46,318 nucleotides of DNA from Candidatus Parcubacteria bacterium (GTDB taxonomy: Bacteria > Patescibacteriota > Patescibacteriia > Patescibacteriales > UBA12075): NCBI GenBank assembly GCA_023137275.1, contig JAGLPO010000040.1, positions 1 to 46,318 on the forward strand, given 5' to 3'. A model generated the notes under the pieces. The model was not told the origin of the DNA, did no database searches, and saw only the letters and a program-made list of their open reading frames with translations. The translations under genes and the position numbers were made by a program. Below are positions 25,381 to 33,694 of this stretch, in pieces. How positions within the stretch are numbered: position 1 is the first letter of the stretch; each line of letters starts with the position of its first letter.

Positions 25381-26031
25381 ATGTATATAATAAAATGTCA
25401 AATTAAATATGTATTAATTATCGCGGCAGCCATATTGTTGCTTATGATCCCGTTTATTGTTAAAGCCGAACATCTGGACATGGATGAGTTTTTTAATGAT
25501 CTGGATGAATTTATCCAGACGCAAAGCGTGAATAGTTCTGAAACACAGGCCATAAACCAGGTGACTGCCAGCGCCAACACCGGGGGCAACATTGCTGAAT
25601 CCGGTGAAATAATTCAGGGCGAAGCTGAATCAAGCGCAAGCATAAAGACTATTATTAACGGAGAGACAGTAGTTGATGAAGAATACAGCAAAAAAGGCGA
25701 AGAAGAAGCGAATATAAAAATAGAGAATAAAGTTGAAGTTAATACTGATGAGGCTGTGGTAGAAACTAATATCAATATAAACGGTGAAGAAAGCCACGTA
25801 GAATATACAGTGCCGATCAATAATTCAAGTGAAACATCAGATAACCCGGAGCAAAACAAAGAGATAGATACAGCGGATATTAAAGATAATGATGTTGAAG
25901 AGAATAATTTTGAGGATATTCAAAATAATAATAACAAAGATGACAGTGAAGCCGTAATAATAAGCCTTTGGCAACGCATTTTGGAAAGCTTTAGGAATCA
26001 AATAATAAAGCTATTAAATATATTCGCTTAA
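25381..26031 (+). CDS. Small secreted or anchored protein with a single ANTGxN module and an acidic Asn/Glu-rich tail
   Basis: N-terminal anchor. NQVTASANTGGNIAESGEIIQGEAESSASIKTIING. C-terminal amphipathic helix. Confidence 0.55.
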   Translation: MYIIKCQIKYVLIIAAAILLLMIPFIVKAEHLDMDEFFNDLDEFIQTQSVNSSETQAINQVTASANTGGNIAESGEIIQGEAESSASIKTIINGETVVDEEYSKKGEEEANIKIENKVEVNTDEAVVETNININGEESHVEYTVPINNSSETSDNPEQNKEIDTADIKDNDVEENNFEDIQNNNNKDDSEAVIISLWQRILESFRNQIIKLLNIFA

Positions 26032-26055
26032 TTAATTAATAATAATTACAAAAAT

Positions 26056-29000
26056 ATGACAATTTCAACCCCTGTAAATCAAAAACCAAAGCGTAAAATA
26101 TTAGTTTATGCCGTGGCTTTTGTGTTTATCTGCCAAACTTTATTCGCAATACCGATCTTAGCCGCTGATGAGGCTGGCGACGCTGTCATAGATACCGGCG
26201 ACGCAACCGCTACAATTGACGTGGATAATCAGGTAAATCAAAATGAATTTACCAATGATCCGCCGCCGATAGATGAGCCAGCACCAGGGGACGATCCGCC
26301 AGGTGATGACAGTGAAACATTGCCCGGCGAAGCATTGGCAGATGGCAATACCACCGAACTTGCCAATAACAATGAAGCTGAAGTGGATAACACGCTCGCT
26401 GGCGATGGCAATACCGGCGCAAACGAGATTCCGGGCGGCGAGGGAAACTCAATAATTATTACCGGCGACGCTGATATTGATTCCACGCTTACCAATGACG
26501 TGAACGGTAATACAGCAGTGGTTGAATGCGATCCTTGTGATAATGGCGATGATGCCAGCAGCACCATTATGGTTAAAAATACAAATAATGCCAGCACTAC
26601 TAATGATGTTGACTTATCCGGCAACACCGGCGATAACGAGATCAGTTCTACCAGTGGTACGGCTATTATCAGCACCGGTGATATCGGCATAATCAACGTG
26701 ATCATAAATTTCATCAACCATAATATTTTCGGCCAGGGTTCGCAGTTTTTTATAAACGTCTGGAATTCTGTTACGGAAACGATCGATCTGTCCGGTTTTG
26801 GCAAAGAGTCGGAAGAGCTGGCAAGCGAACTGGGCGTTTGCGAAGTGAATAACTGCCAGATCTCAATTAATAACACTAATACCGGCGAGATCGCCAATGA
26901 CGTTATCATTAACGCCAATACCGGCGCTAATCTGATCACCAATACCGGCGCGGAAAGCATTATTGAGACCGGCGACATAAATATCGCCAGCGATGTTTTA
27001 AATATCGCTAATCTGAACATTACCGGCAATGACTGGTTTTTTGCTGTTGTTAATATATTCGGCGAGCTTGAGGGCGATGTTATTCTGCCGCCGCCGGATA
27101 TGGCCGGCGAAGCCGACTCGGAAGCAGCGGAGGATTTGAATCTGGCCGAAGCGATTGAAGAGATCGGGGAGCATACTGCCGAAGTTATTATTACCAATAC
27201 CAACAATGTTAATGTCATGAATAATTTGAGTATTGAGGCGAATTCCGGGGAGAACAGCATCAGCTCCGGCACCAGCGCCCTGATAGATACCGGCAATGTC
27301 AATGCCAGGGCAATGGCCTTTAACCTGGTTAATTATAATATTTTCGGCGATTCCTGGAAGTTTGCCCGGGTCAATATATTTGGCAGCTGGCAGGGCTTTA
27401 TCAACGGTCTGCCGGATGATTATAGCTACTTTGAGGATGAATTCGGAATAACCGTGTATAGCGATATCCTGGATGACCCGGAGCTGAATGAACAGTTTGC
27501 TTTGCTTATGGTGGATAATAATAATTACGCTTCCAGCACCAATAACGTGGCGATTATTGCCAACACCGGCCAAAATACTATTCTCCACGGCGGCGATGCC
27601 GGCATCAGCACCGGAAATATTAATATTTATAATAGTTTGCTTAATTTTATCAATTCCAATTTTATTGGTAATAATTGGGAATTCTCAATGATCAACGTGT
27701 TTGGCGATTGGCAGGGCAACCTGGCTTTTGGCCAGCCCGAGCTGTGGATCACGGAAACTATGAAGCCGAAAAAAGAAGTTATGTATGGGGACAGAGTTAC
27801 CTATACTTTTCTTTTTGGCAATAATGGCGACGCTGTCGCGACCGACGTGGTGATAGTTGATGATTTTGACGAGGATATGATCCGGATCAAAAATAACGGC
27901 GGCGGGCAGAGGAACCAAGGCCATATTGAGTGGTATCTGGGGGACATCCCGCCGAATACTACCGGCAGCATCAGCTATACCGTGCAAGTTGACGGCGCGG
28001 TAGAGCGCGGCTATAGCACTTTGGTAAATGAGGTTGCGATCTTTAGCGCGGAAAATGATCGCGATACAAGCAATAATACATCCGGGGGCAGCGTATCCGT
28101 GTATTTACCGCCGCGAAAGACCTTTGATTTTCAAGCAGCCGCCGGCGGACAAGCCACGGTTAATTTGTCGGTTATCAAAACCAATGACGCTGTTGACGTG
28201 CTTTCACCCGGCGATATAGTCAATTTTGACATTATTATAAAAAATAACGGAGAAGGCGTTTCCCAAAAAGTATATGTCATGGATACAATGAGCAGCATTG
28301 CCACCGGACAGGTGATAAATGAAGCTTTTTGGGATCTGGAAACCGTTTATGACCAGGAAGAAATAATTATTGAGTACGCTTTGGAGATCACGCCGGATAT
28401 CAGGAGCGGCGAATATATTAATGAAGTAATGGTTGAAGGCTGGGATCCGGAACTGGGCGATTATATTGTCGCGGTTGCTTCTTCCAAAATTAAGGTGGAG
28501 AATAATTTACTGGGTCCGCAAAAGCAGGATGGCCCTAATCTGGTGGTTTCCAAAGTCAGGAAAAGCAGCTGGGCCAATCCTGGTAACACTATTGAATACG
28601 AGATCATTATCGCCAATGACGGCCTGGTAAAAGCTGACGATGTGGTGGTAACAGAAAGACTGCCCGAGGGTTTGGTATTTGGAAAAGAAAACGGTTTAAC
28701 GCTAAAGCGATGGGATCTGGAACATATGAATCCGGGCAAAATTGAGCGCTTAAGCTATACAATAATAGTTGGTAATAACACAGAACCGGGATTTTATTTA
28801 AGCGAGGCCGAAATTATAGCCGAGAACCATGATACCTTGTATATTAAAACCGAACTGGAGGTCAGAGCGGTGGTGGCTTTAGCGCTTGAATATACTGAGC
28901 CGGTGCAAACACCAACTATAATTTTAGCCGGCCCGGACAAGAGCGCTGATCCAATTATTTTGGCAGTTAATGATGATAATAGCATAAACGAAGATGACAA

Positions 29001-29211
29001 AACCGCGATAATAGAAATAGAGGAAACAAAGCTTAATTTATCAGCCAAAGAGGCATCGGCCGCGAGCCTGAGCGCGGTTAGCCCCGAAGTTAGCGTAAGC
29101 AGTGAAAATACGTTTCGCCTTATTGCCAAATTTTTGTTAGGGCTTACCATGCTTATATTTTTTATTGTTTTGTTTAATTTTATTAAAAACAAGCGAGAAC
29201 AAGTGTTTTAG
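26056..29211 (+). CDS. 1051-aa surface protein: five ANTGxN...TGD + N..N.NIFG..W.F..VNIFG modules, three DUF11-like repeats and a C-terminal TM anchor
   Basis: Signal anchor. Modules such as INANTGANLITNTGAESIIETGDINIASDVLNIANLNITGNDWFFAVVNIFG. DUF11-like GDRVTYTFLFGNNGD, GDIVNFDIIIKNNGE and GNTIEYEIIIANDGL. C-terminal hydrophobic helix + KNKREQVF. Confidence 0.75.
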   Translation: MTISTPVNQKPKRKILVYAVAFVFICQTLFAIPILAADEAGDAVIDTGDATATIDVDNQVNQNEFTNDPPPIDEPAPGDDPPGDDSETLPGEALADGNTTELANNNEAEVDNTLAGDGNTGANEIPGGEGNSIIITGDADIDSTLTNDVNGNTAVVECDPCDNGDDASSTIMVKNTNNASTTNDVDLSGNTGDNEISSTSGTAIISTGDIGIINVIINFINHNIFGQGSQFFINVWNSVTETIDLSGFGKESEELASELGVCEVNNCQISINNTNTGEIANDVIINANTGANLITNTGAESIIETGDINIASDVLNIANLNITGNDWFFAVVNIFGELEGDVILPPPDMAGEADSEAAEDLNLAEAIEEIGEHTAEVIITNTNNVNVMNNLSIEANSGENSISSGTSALIDTGNVNARAMAFNLVNYNIFGDSWKFARVNIFGSWQGFINGLPDDYSYFEDEFGITVYSDILDDPELNEQFALLMVDNNNYASSTNNVAIIANTGQNTILHGGDAGISTGNINIYNSLLNFINSNFIGNNWEFSMINVFGDWQGNLAFGQPELWITETMKPKKEVMYGDRVTYTFLFGNNGDAVATDVVIVDDFDEDMIRIKNNGGGQRNQGHIEWYLGDIPPNTTGSISYTVQVDGAVERGYSTLVNEVAIFSAENDRDTSNNTSGGSVSVYLPPRKTFDFQAAAGGQATVNLSVIKTNDAVDVLSPGDIVNFDIIIKNNGEGVSQKVYVMDTMSSIATGQVINEAFWDLETVYDQEEIIIEYALEITPDIRSGEYINEVMVEGWDPELGDYIVAVASSKIKVENNLLGPQKQDGPNLVVSKVRKSSWANPGNTIEYEIIIANDGLVKADDVVVTERLPEGLVFGKENGLTLKRWDLEHMNPGKIERLSYTIIVGNNTEPGFYLSEAEIIAENHDTLYIKTELEVRAVVALALEYTEPVQTPTIILAGPDKSADPIILAVNDDNSINEDDKTAIIEIEETKLNLSAKEASAASLSAVSPEVSVSSENTFRLIAKFLLGLTMLIFFIVLFNFIKNKREQVF

Positions 29212-29298
29212 CGGAGGTTTATTTATATTAACAAAATGTAATTATTAATAAATGGTATTGAATTAATAAAAATTAATTCAATCATCGTTTAAAAATCT

Positions 29299-32200
29299 AT
29301 GAAAAAAATCATTATGAAAAATTTTTGGCTTGCTTTAGGTTTAGCTGTTTTGCTTGTCAGCTTTACTTTAATCCAGACAAGCAGAGTGATTCTCGCTACT
29401 CACGTGGAACCCGTTTTTATTGAAGGTAATCCCAGTTGCGAAGACCTGGGATATCCGCTTGAGTACAAAATTGAATCACAGCCATACGAGGGAACATATG
29501 TTATTGATGATATTGGCAACACTATATCCGTATTTAATGAAGATCGTACAGGAGGTGAATCTTACGTTTTTGACTGGTCATCAACCCTGGGGATGGACGT
29601 GGTTTTTGTAAAAGCCGGAAACGGAGGCAATTTATACGCGTATGATCCTGAATCATTCGACGATTCAGGCCTTGAATCACCGAACCAACAGAATGGCATT
29701 AGCCATATTTCTTTCTGCTATGATTATGAATTGGATATTAGCAAAGACGCTGTCACTTCTTTTACCCGTACCCATGAGTGGGAGATAACCAAGTCAGTTG
29801 ACCAGGATACCCATTATTTGCCGATTGATGGCAGTGGAGACTCCGCTTATACGGTTGAAGTGGCTAAAACCGGATATACGGACAGCGAATGGGCAGTAGA
29901 AGGAACTATTACGATCCATAATCCGGCGCCGTTCACGGCCACAATAGAATCAGTCAACGATTCAATAAACGGAATTGAGCCAACAATAAATTGCGGCGTA
30001 AGTTTTCCGCATGAGTTGTTGTCCGGCCAGACTCTTGAATGCGATTACAGCGCGGATCTGCCGGATGGCGATCCCCGCCTTAATACGGCCACGGTTGAAT
30101 CCAGCGGACCTGTTGCCGGAGGATCAGCAGAAGCGGACGTTGACTTTTCATCCGCTGCAATAACCGAAGTTAACGCGGAAATCAATGTTACGGACACTAA
30201 TGGTGAGGCCTGGGGGCCGGTGTCTGGAGGAAATTTCTGGAGCTATGATATTGGATTTGATTGTTCTGATCCGGATCTAATATGGGAAGACAATCATGCC
30301 ATGTATGAGTTTCCAAATACCGCTGCTATTACTGAAACCGGACAATCAGACAGTGCTTCCGTAACTGTTCATTGCTATGACTGGGAGCTGGAAATCAGCA
30401 AAACAGCGAGTACTTCTTTGGTCAAAACCTATGAATGGGATATTGATAAAGATGTTTCTCCTTCCGTCTGGGATCTGCTTGATGGCAATAGCGGCCAGTC
30501 CCAATACGCGGTTACAGCCGCTAAAACAGGTTTTACGGAAAGCGGCTGGGCGGTATCCGGCATTATTACCATTCATAATCCGGCGCCGTTCACGGCCACA
30601 ATAGAATCAGTCAACGATTCAATGGACGGAATTGAGCCAACAATAGATTGCGGCGTAGATTTTCCGCATGAGTTGTTGTCCGGCCAGACTCTTGAATGCG
30701 ATTACAGCGCGGATCTGCCGGATAACTCAGCCTGCCTTAATACGGCCACGGTTGAATCCAGCGGACTTGTTGCCGGAGGATCAGCAGAAGCGGACGTTGA
30801 CTTTTCATCCGCTGCAATAACCGAAGTTAACGCGGAAATCAATGTTACGGACACTAATGGTGAGGCCTGGGGGCCGGTATCTGATACCGCTACCTGGTAT
30901 TACTATAGGACTTTTTACTGCGGCGATGATAGCGGCACGCATGATAATACCGCCACTATTACTGAAACCGGACAATCAGATGATGCTTCCGTAATTGTTA
31001 ATTGTTATCAGCTTGATGTTTCCAAGACAGCTGAAACTTCATTAACCCGTACCTGGGACTGGACAATTAATAAAACCGGCGATCAAACCGATATAACATT
31101 ATCTCCGGGCCAGCAATTTTCAGTAAACTACGCGGTTGATGTCAACGCAACCGGCATTGACAGCGATTGGTCGGCAGCGGGTAATATTGATATTCATAAC
31201 CCGGCTCCTTTTTCCGTCAAAATTAATAGCGTTGAAGATCTTGTAAATGGCGCAACAGCCGATGTTAACTGCGGTGTTACCTTTCCACACACTCTGCCAT
31301 CCGGCAATACTTTGGCTTGCTCATATAGCGCTAGCTTGAGCGACGATTCTAATCGTACTAATACGGCCACGGTTGAACTGCAGAATTATAACATTGATTA
31401 CGAGGGTTGTATAACCGAAGCCGGCACCACGGATTTTTCCGGTTCCGCGGCTGTTGATTTTAGCGCCGCTTCTGTCAGCGAAATAGATGAATGCGTTGAT
31501 GTAAATGACGATCAATATGGTGGCCTTTTAGGCGCGATTTGCGCTAACCAGGCGCCTTATACGTTCAACTACAGCATGTTCGTAGGTCCTTATAGCGATT
31601 GCGGCCAGTATCAATTTGTTAATACTTCCTCTTTTTTAACAAACGATACCGGAGTTGTCGGATCTTATTATTGGACAATTAATATTGATGTGCCGTGTGA
31701 AGGCTGTTCTTTGACTCCGGGCTATTGGAAGACTCATTCCGACTACGGCCCGGCTTCTTATGATGATACCTGGGGCTTGTTGCCAAACGACGCTGATACT
31801 GTTTTTTTCCTGTCCGGTAAGAGTTATTATGAGGTTCTTTGGACCGCCTCATCAAAAGGCAATGCCTATTATATCCTGGCTCATGCTTATATCGCGGCTG
31901 AGTTAAATGGTTTAAACGGCGCTGATCTTTCTGTTATCGGCAGTGAAATGGGCGAAGCTGAAGAATTATTTAATACATACACCCCTGAATATGTGCTTGA
32001 TAAAAAAGGCAAGAACGGTAAAGAGTTAAGGGATGATTTTATCAGTTTAGCCGGTATAATTGACGATTACAACAACGGTTATATCGGTCCGGGCCACTGC
32101 AGTGAAGAAGATGAAGTTGTCTATTCCACGGATGTTTATTCCATTTCGCAGTCAGCGAATGGGGATAGCGACGGTGACGGATTGTCTGATGATGACGAGA

Positions 32201-32448
32201 GTATTTACGGCACGGATCCCGGCAATCCCGATACTGACGGCGACGGCTATCTTGACGGCGTGGAAGTGGCCAACGGTTATGATCCCTTAGGTGAAGGGAG
32301 ATTAATTAGCGATTTGGACAGGGACAGCGACGGATTATCCGATAATGACGAGAGTATTTACGGCACGGATCCCAGCAATCCCGATACTGACGGCGACGGC
32401 TATCTTGACGGCGTGGAAGTGGCCAACGGTTATGATCCCTTAAGCTAA
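29299..32448 (+). CDS. 1049-aa secreted protein with three ~215-aa repeat domains and C-terminal thrombospondin-type-3-like Ca-binding repeats
   Basis: Signal peptide. Repeats contain W.I.K...IHNPAPF...NTATVES. The first two are ~96% identical at DNA level over 306 bp. Duplicated DESIYGTDP.NPDTDGDGYLDGVEVANGYDPL. Confidence 0.75.
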   Translation: MKKIIMKNFWLALGLAVLLVSFTLIQTSRVILATHVEPVFIEGNPSCEDLGYPLEYKIESQPYEGTYVIDDIGNTISVFNEDRTGGESYVFDWSSTLGMDVVFVKAGNGGNLYAYDPESFDDSGLESPNQQNGISHISFCYDYELDISKDAVTSFTRTHEWEITKSVDQDTHYLPIDGSGDSAYTVEVAKTGYTDSEWAVEGTITIHNPAPFTATIESVNDSINGIEPTINCGVSFPHELLSGQTLECDYSADLPDGDPRLNTATVESSGPVAGGSAEADVDFSSAAITEVNAEINVTDTNGEAWGPVSGGNFWSYDIGFDCSDPDLIWEDNHAMYEFPNTAAITETGQSDSASVTVHCYDWELEISKTASTSLVKTYEWDIDKDVSPSVWDLLDGNSGQSQYAVTAAKTGFTESGWAVSGIITIHNPAPFTATIESVNDSMDGIEPTIDCGVDFPHELLSGQTLECDYSADLPDNSACLNTATVESSGLVAGGSAEADVDFSSAAITEVNAEINVTDTNGEAWGPVSDTATWYYYRTFYCGDDSGTHDNTATITETGQSDDASVIVNCYQLDVSKTAETSLTRTWDWTINKTGDQTDITLSPGQQFSVNYAVDVNATGIDSDWSAAGNIDIHNPAPFSVKINSVEDLVNGATADVNCGVTFPHTLPSGNTLACSYSASLSDDSNRTNTATVELQNYNIDYEGCITEAGTTDFSGSAAVDFSAASVSEIDECVDVNDDQYGGLLGAICANQAPYTFNYSMFVGPYSDCGQYQFVNTSSFLTNDTGVVGSYYWTINIDVPCEGCSLTPGYWKTHSDYGPASYDDTWGLLPNDADTVFFLSGKSYYEVLWTASSKGNAYYILAHAYIAAELNGLNGADLSVIGSEMGEAEELFNTYTPEYVLDKKGKNGKELRDDFISLAGIIDDYNNGYIGPGHCSEEDEVVYSTDVYSISQSANGDSDGDGLSDDDESIYGTDPGNPDTDGDGYLDGVEVANGYDPLGEGRLISDLDRDSDGLSDNDESIYGTDPSNPDTDGDGYLDGVEVANGYDPLS

Positions 32449-32493
32449 GGAAAGCATGGCTGCTACTTTGGAAATAACGATAGTTGAGGCAAA

Positions 32494-32535
32494 CAAAAAA
32501 ACCTGCCATAAGCGCGGCTTGCGGCAGGTTTTTTC
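32494..32535 (+). terminator. Intrinsic terminator
   Basis: AAAAAAACCTGCC...GGCAGGTTTTTT. Confidence 0.8.
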
Positions 32536-32660
32536 TATTTCAAGCTACTTTTTTTATTGGACATTAGTGGCTTAAGTTTAACAAATTTGATAAAATAGAA
32601 TTAGTGTATTAAAATATTTACATAAATACGCAAATATATAATAAATAAAGTTTAAAATAA

Positions 32661-33293
32661 ATGTTTTTAAAAAAGAAAAAAAAGCCGGTTTTAAAAATTT
32701 TGGTTTTATTTTTGGAATTTTCAGCCATTGCCCTGGTTTTATATTTAATTGCTTTGCCTTTTTATCCTTCAGTTAAATATAAAACTACGATAAAAGAATA
32801 TAGCCAATTGCCGGAAGCTGAGGAAAGAGTGATCATTCAGGAGCAAGTGGCGGAATTTAAGAGCGGCTTGCCGACAAATGAATTTGATGTTTCGCCAAAC
32901 AGGGTAATAATCCCCAAAATCGGGGTTAACGCGCCTATTGTTGTTACTGAGAATTCCAAATACGGGCTTAGCCAGGGGGCCTGGCTGGTGCCAAATACCT
33001 CCACGCCTGATAAAGGCGGCAACACGGTAATAACGGGCCATCGTTTTAAATATTTGCCTCCTCATAATTTAACATTTTATTTGTTTCACAAACTGGAAAC
33101 AGGGGATTTGGTTTCAATCGTCTGGAAAGAGCGTGATTATTTATATAGAATTAAAGAAACGCGGATCGTTGAACCCACCGAAGTTTCAATCATGGATCCA
33201 ACCAAAGAACCAACCCTGACCATGTTTACCTGCCACCCGATCTATTCAACCGAGCAAAGATTAGTTGTAATAAGTGAACTGGTGGAAAGTTAA
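32661..33293 (+). CDS. Sortase-family transpeptidase
   Basis: N-terminal anchor. His in NTVITGHRF, Cys in TLTMFTCHP (TLxTC motif), Arg in EQRLVV. Confidence 0.8.
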   Translation: MFLKKKKKPVLKILVLFLEFSAIALVLYLIALPFYPSVKYKTTIKEYSQLPEAEERVIIQEQVAEFKSGLPTNEFDVSPNRVIIPKIGVNAPIVVTENSKYGLSQGAWLVPNTSTPDKGGNTVITGHRFKYLPPHNLTFYLFHKLETGDLVSIVWKERDYLYRIKETRIVEPTEVSIMDPTKEPTLTMFTCHPIYSTEQRLVVISELVES

Positions 33294-33305
33294 TACAGAT
33301 GCTAT

Positions 33306-33341
33306 AATAAAATGTACGTACATATGTACGTACATTTTATT
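33306..33341. promoter_or_regulatory. 36-bp perfect palindrome (two TGTACGTACA boxes) overlapping a TATAAT; probable operator of the AbrB-like gene
   Basis: AATAAAATGTACGTACATATGTACGTACATTTTATT read directly. TATAAT at 33303-33308. Confidence 0.6.
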
Positions 33342-33356
33342 TTTAAAATTATTTTT

Positions 33357-33527
33357 ATGAGATCATATTCATCCAAAAATATCAGAAAATTAACCAAAAC
33401 CGGTTCGGGCAGTTATTATTGCATTATCCCAAAAGAATTTATCAGGGATTTGGGCTGGAGCGAGCGGCAGAAATTTGTGGTTAAAAAAATAGGAAAAAAA
33501 ATTGTGATTGAGGATTGGAAACGGTAA
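33357..33527 (+). CDS. AbrB/MazE/SpoVT-type swapped-hairpin DNA-binding protein (56 aa)
   Basis: KLTKTGSGSYYCIIPKEFIRDLGW...KFVVKKIGKKIVIE matches the AbrB-fold pattern. ATG at 33357 preferred over the track start at 33312. Confidence 0.6.
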   Translation: MRSYSSKNIRKLTKTGSGSYYCIIPKEFIRDLGWSERQKFVVKKIGKKIVIEDWKR

Positions 33528-33694
33528 GAATACGCCGTAACGCGTTCTGGTGAATATTTTACAAAACATTAAAAATCGTTTATATTTAAGGTAAGGCAAA
33601 TATTAATTTGTGTATTAATGAATTTTAGATTTAATTTATTTATTATTAGATAAGCGCCAAAACATGTAGTTTTTGGTGTTTTTTTTGTTTTTAT

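Noticed and set aside
26238-27588. Minus-strand ORFs 26238..27302 (354 aa) and 26998..27588 inside the 1051-aa gene, and 19303..19926 / 21240..21671 inside the 893-aa gene
   Set aside because: They are antisense to well-supported repeat-containing CDSs. Their composition is Ser/Pro/Leu-rich without domain signatures, which is typical of spurious antisense frames.
17445-32448. Regularly spaced repeats that might be mistaken for CRISPR arrays
   Set aside because: All periodic repeats found are in frame within CDSs (Cys-rich repeats, ANTG modules, 657-bp and 153-bp domain duplications). They have no unique spacers of CRISPR size, and no cas genes are present.
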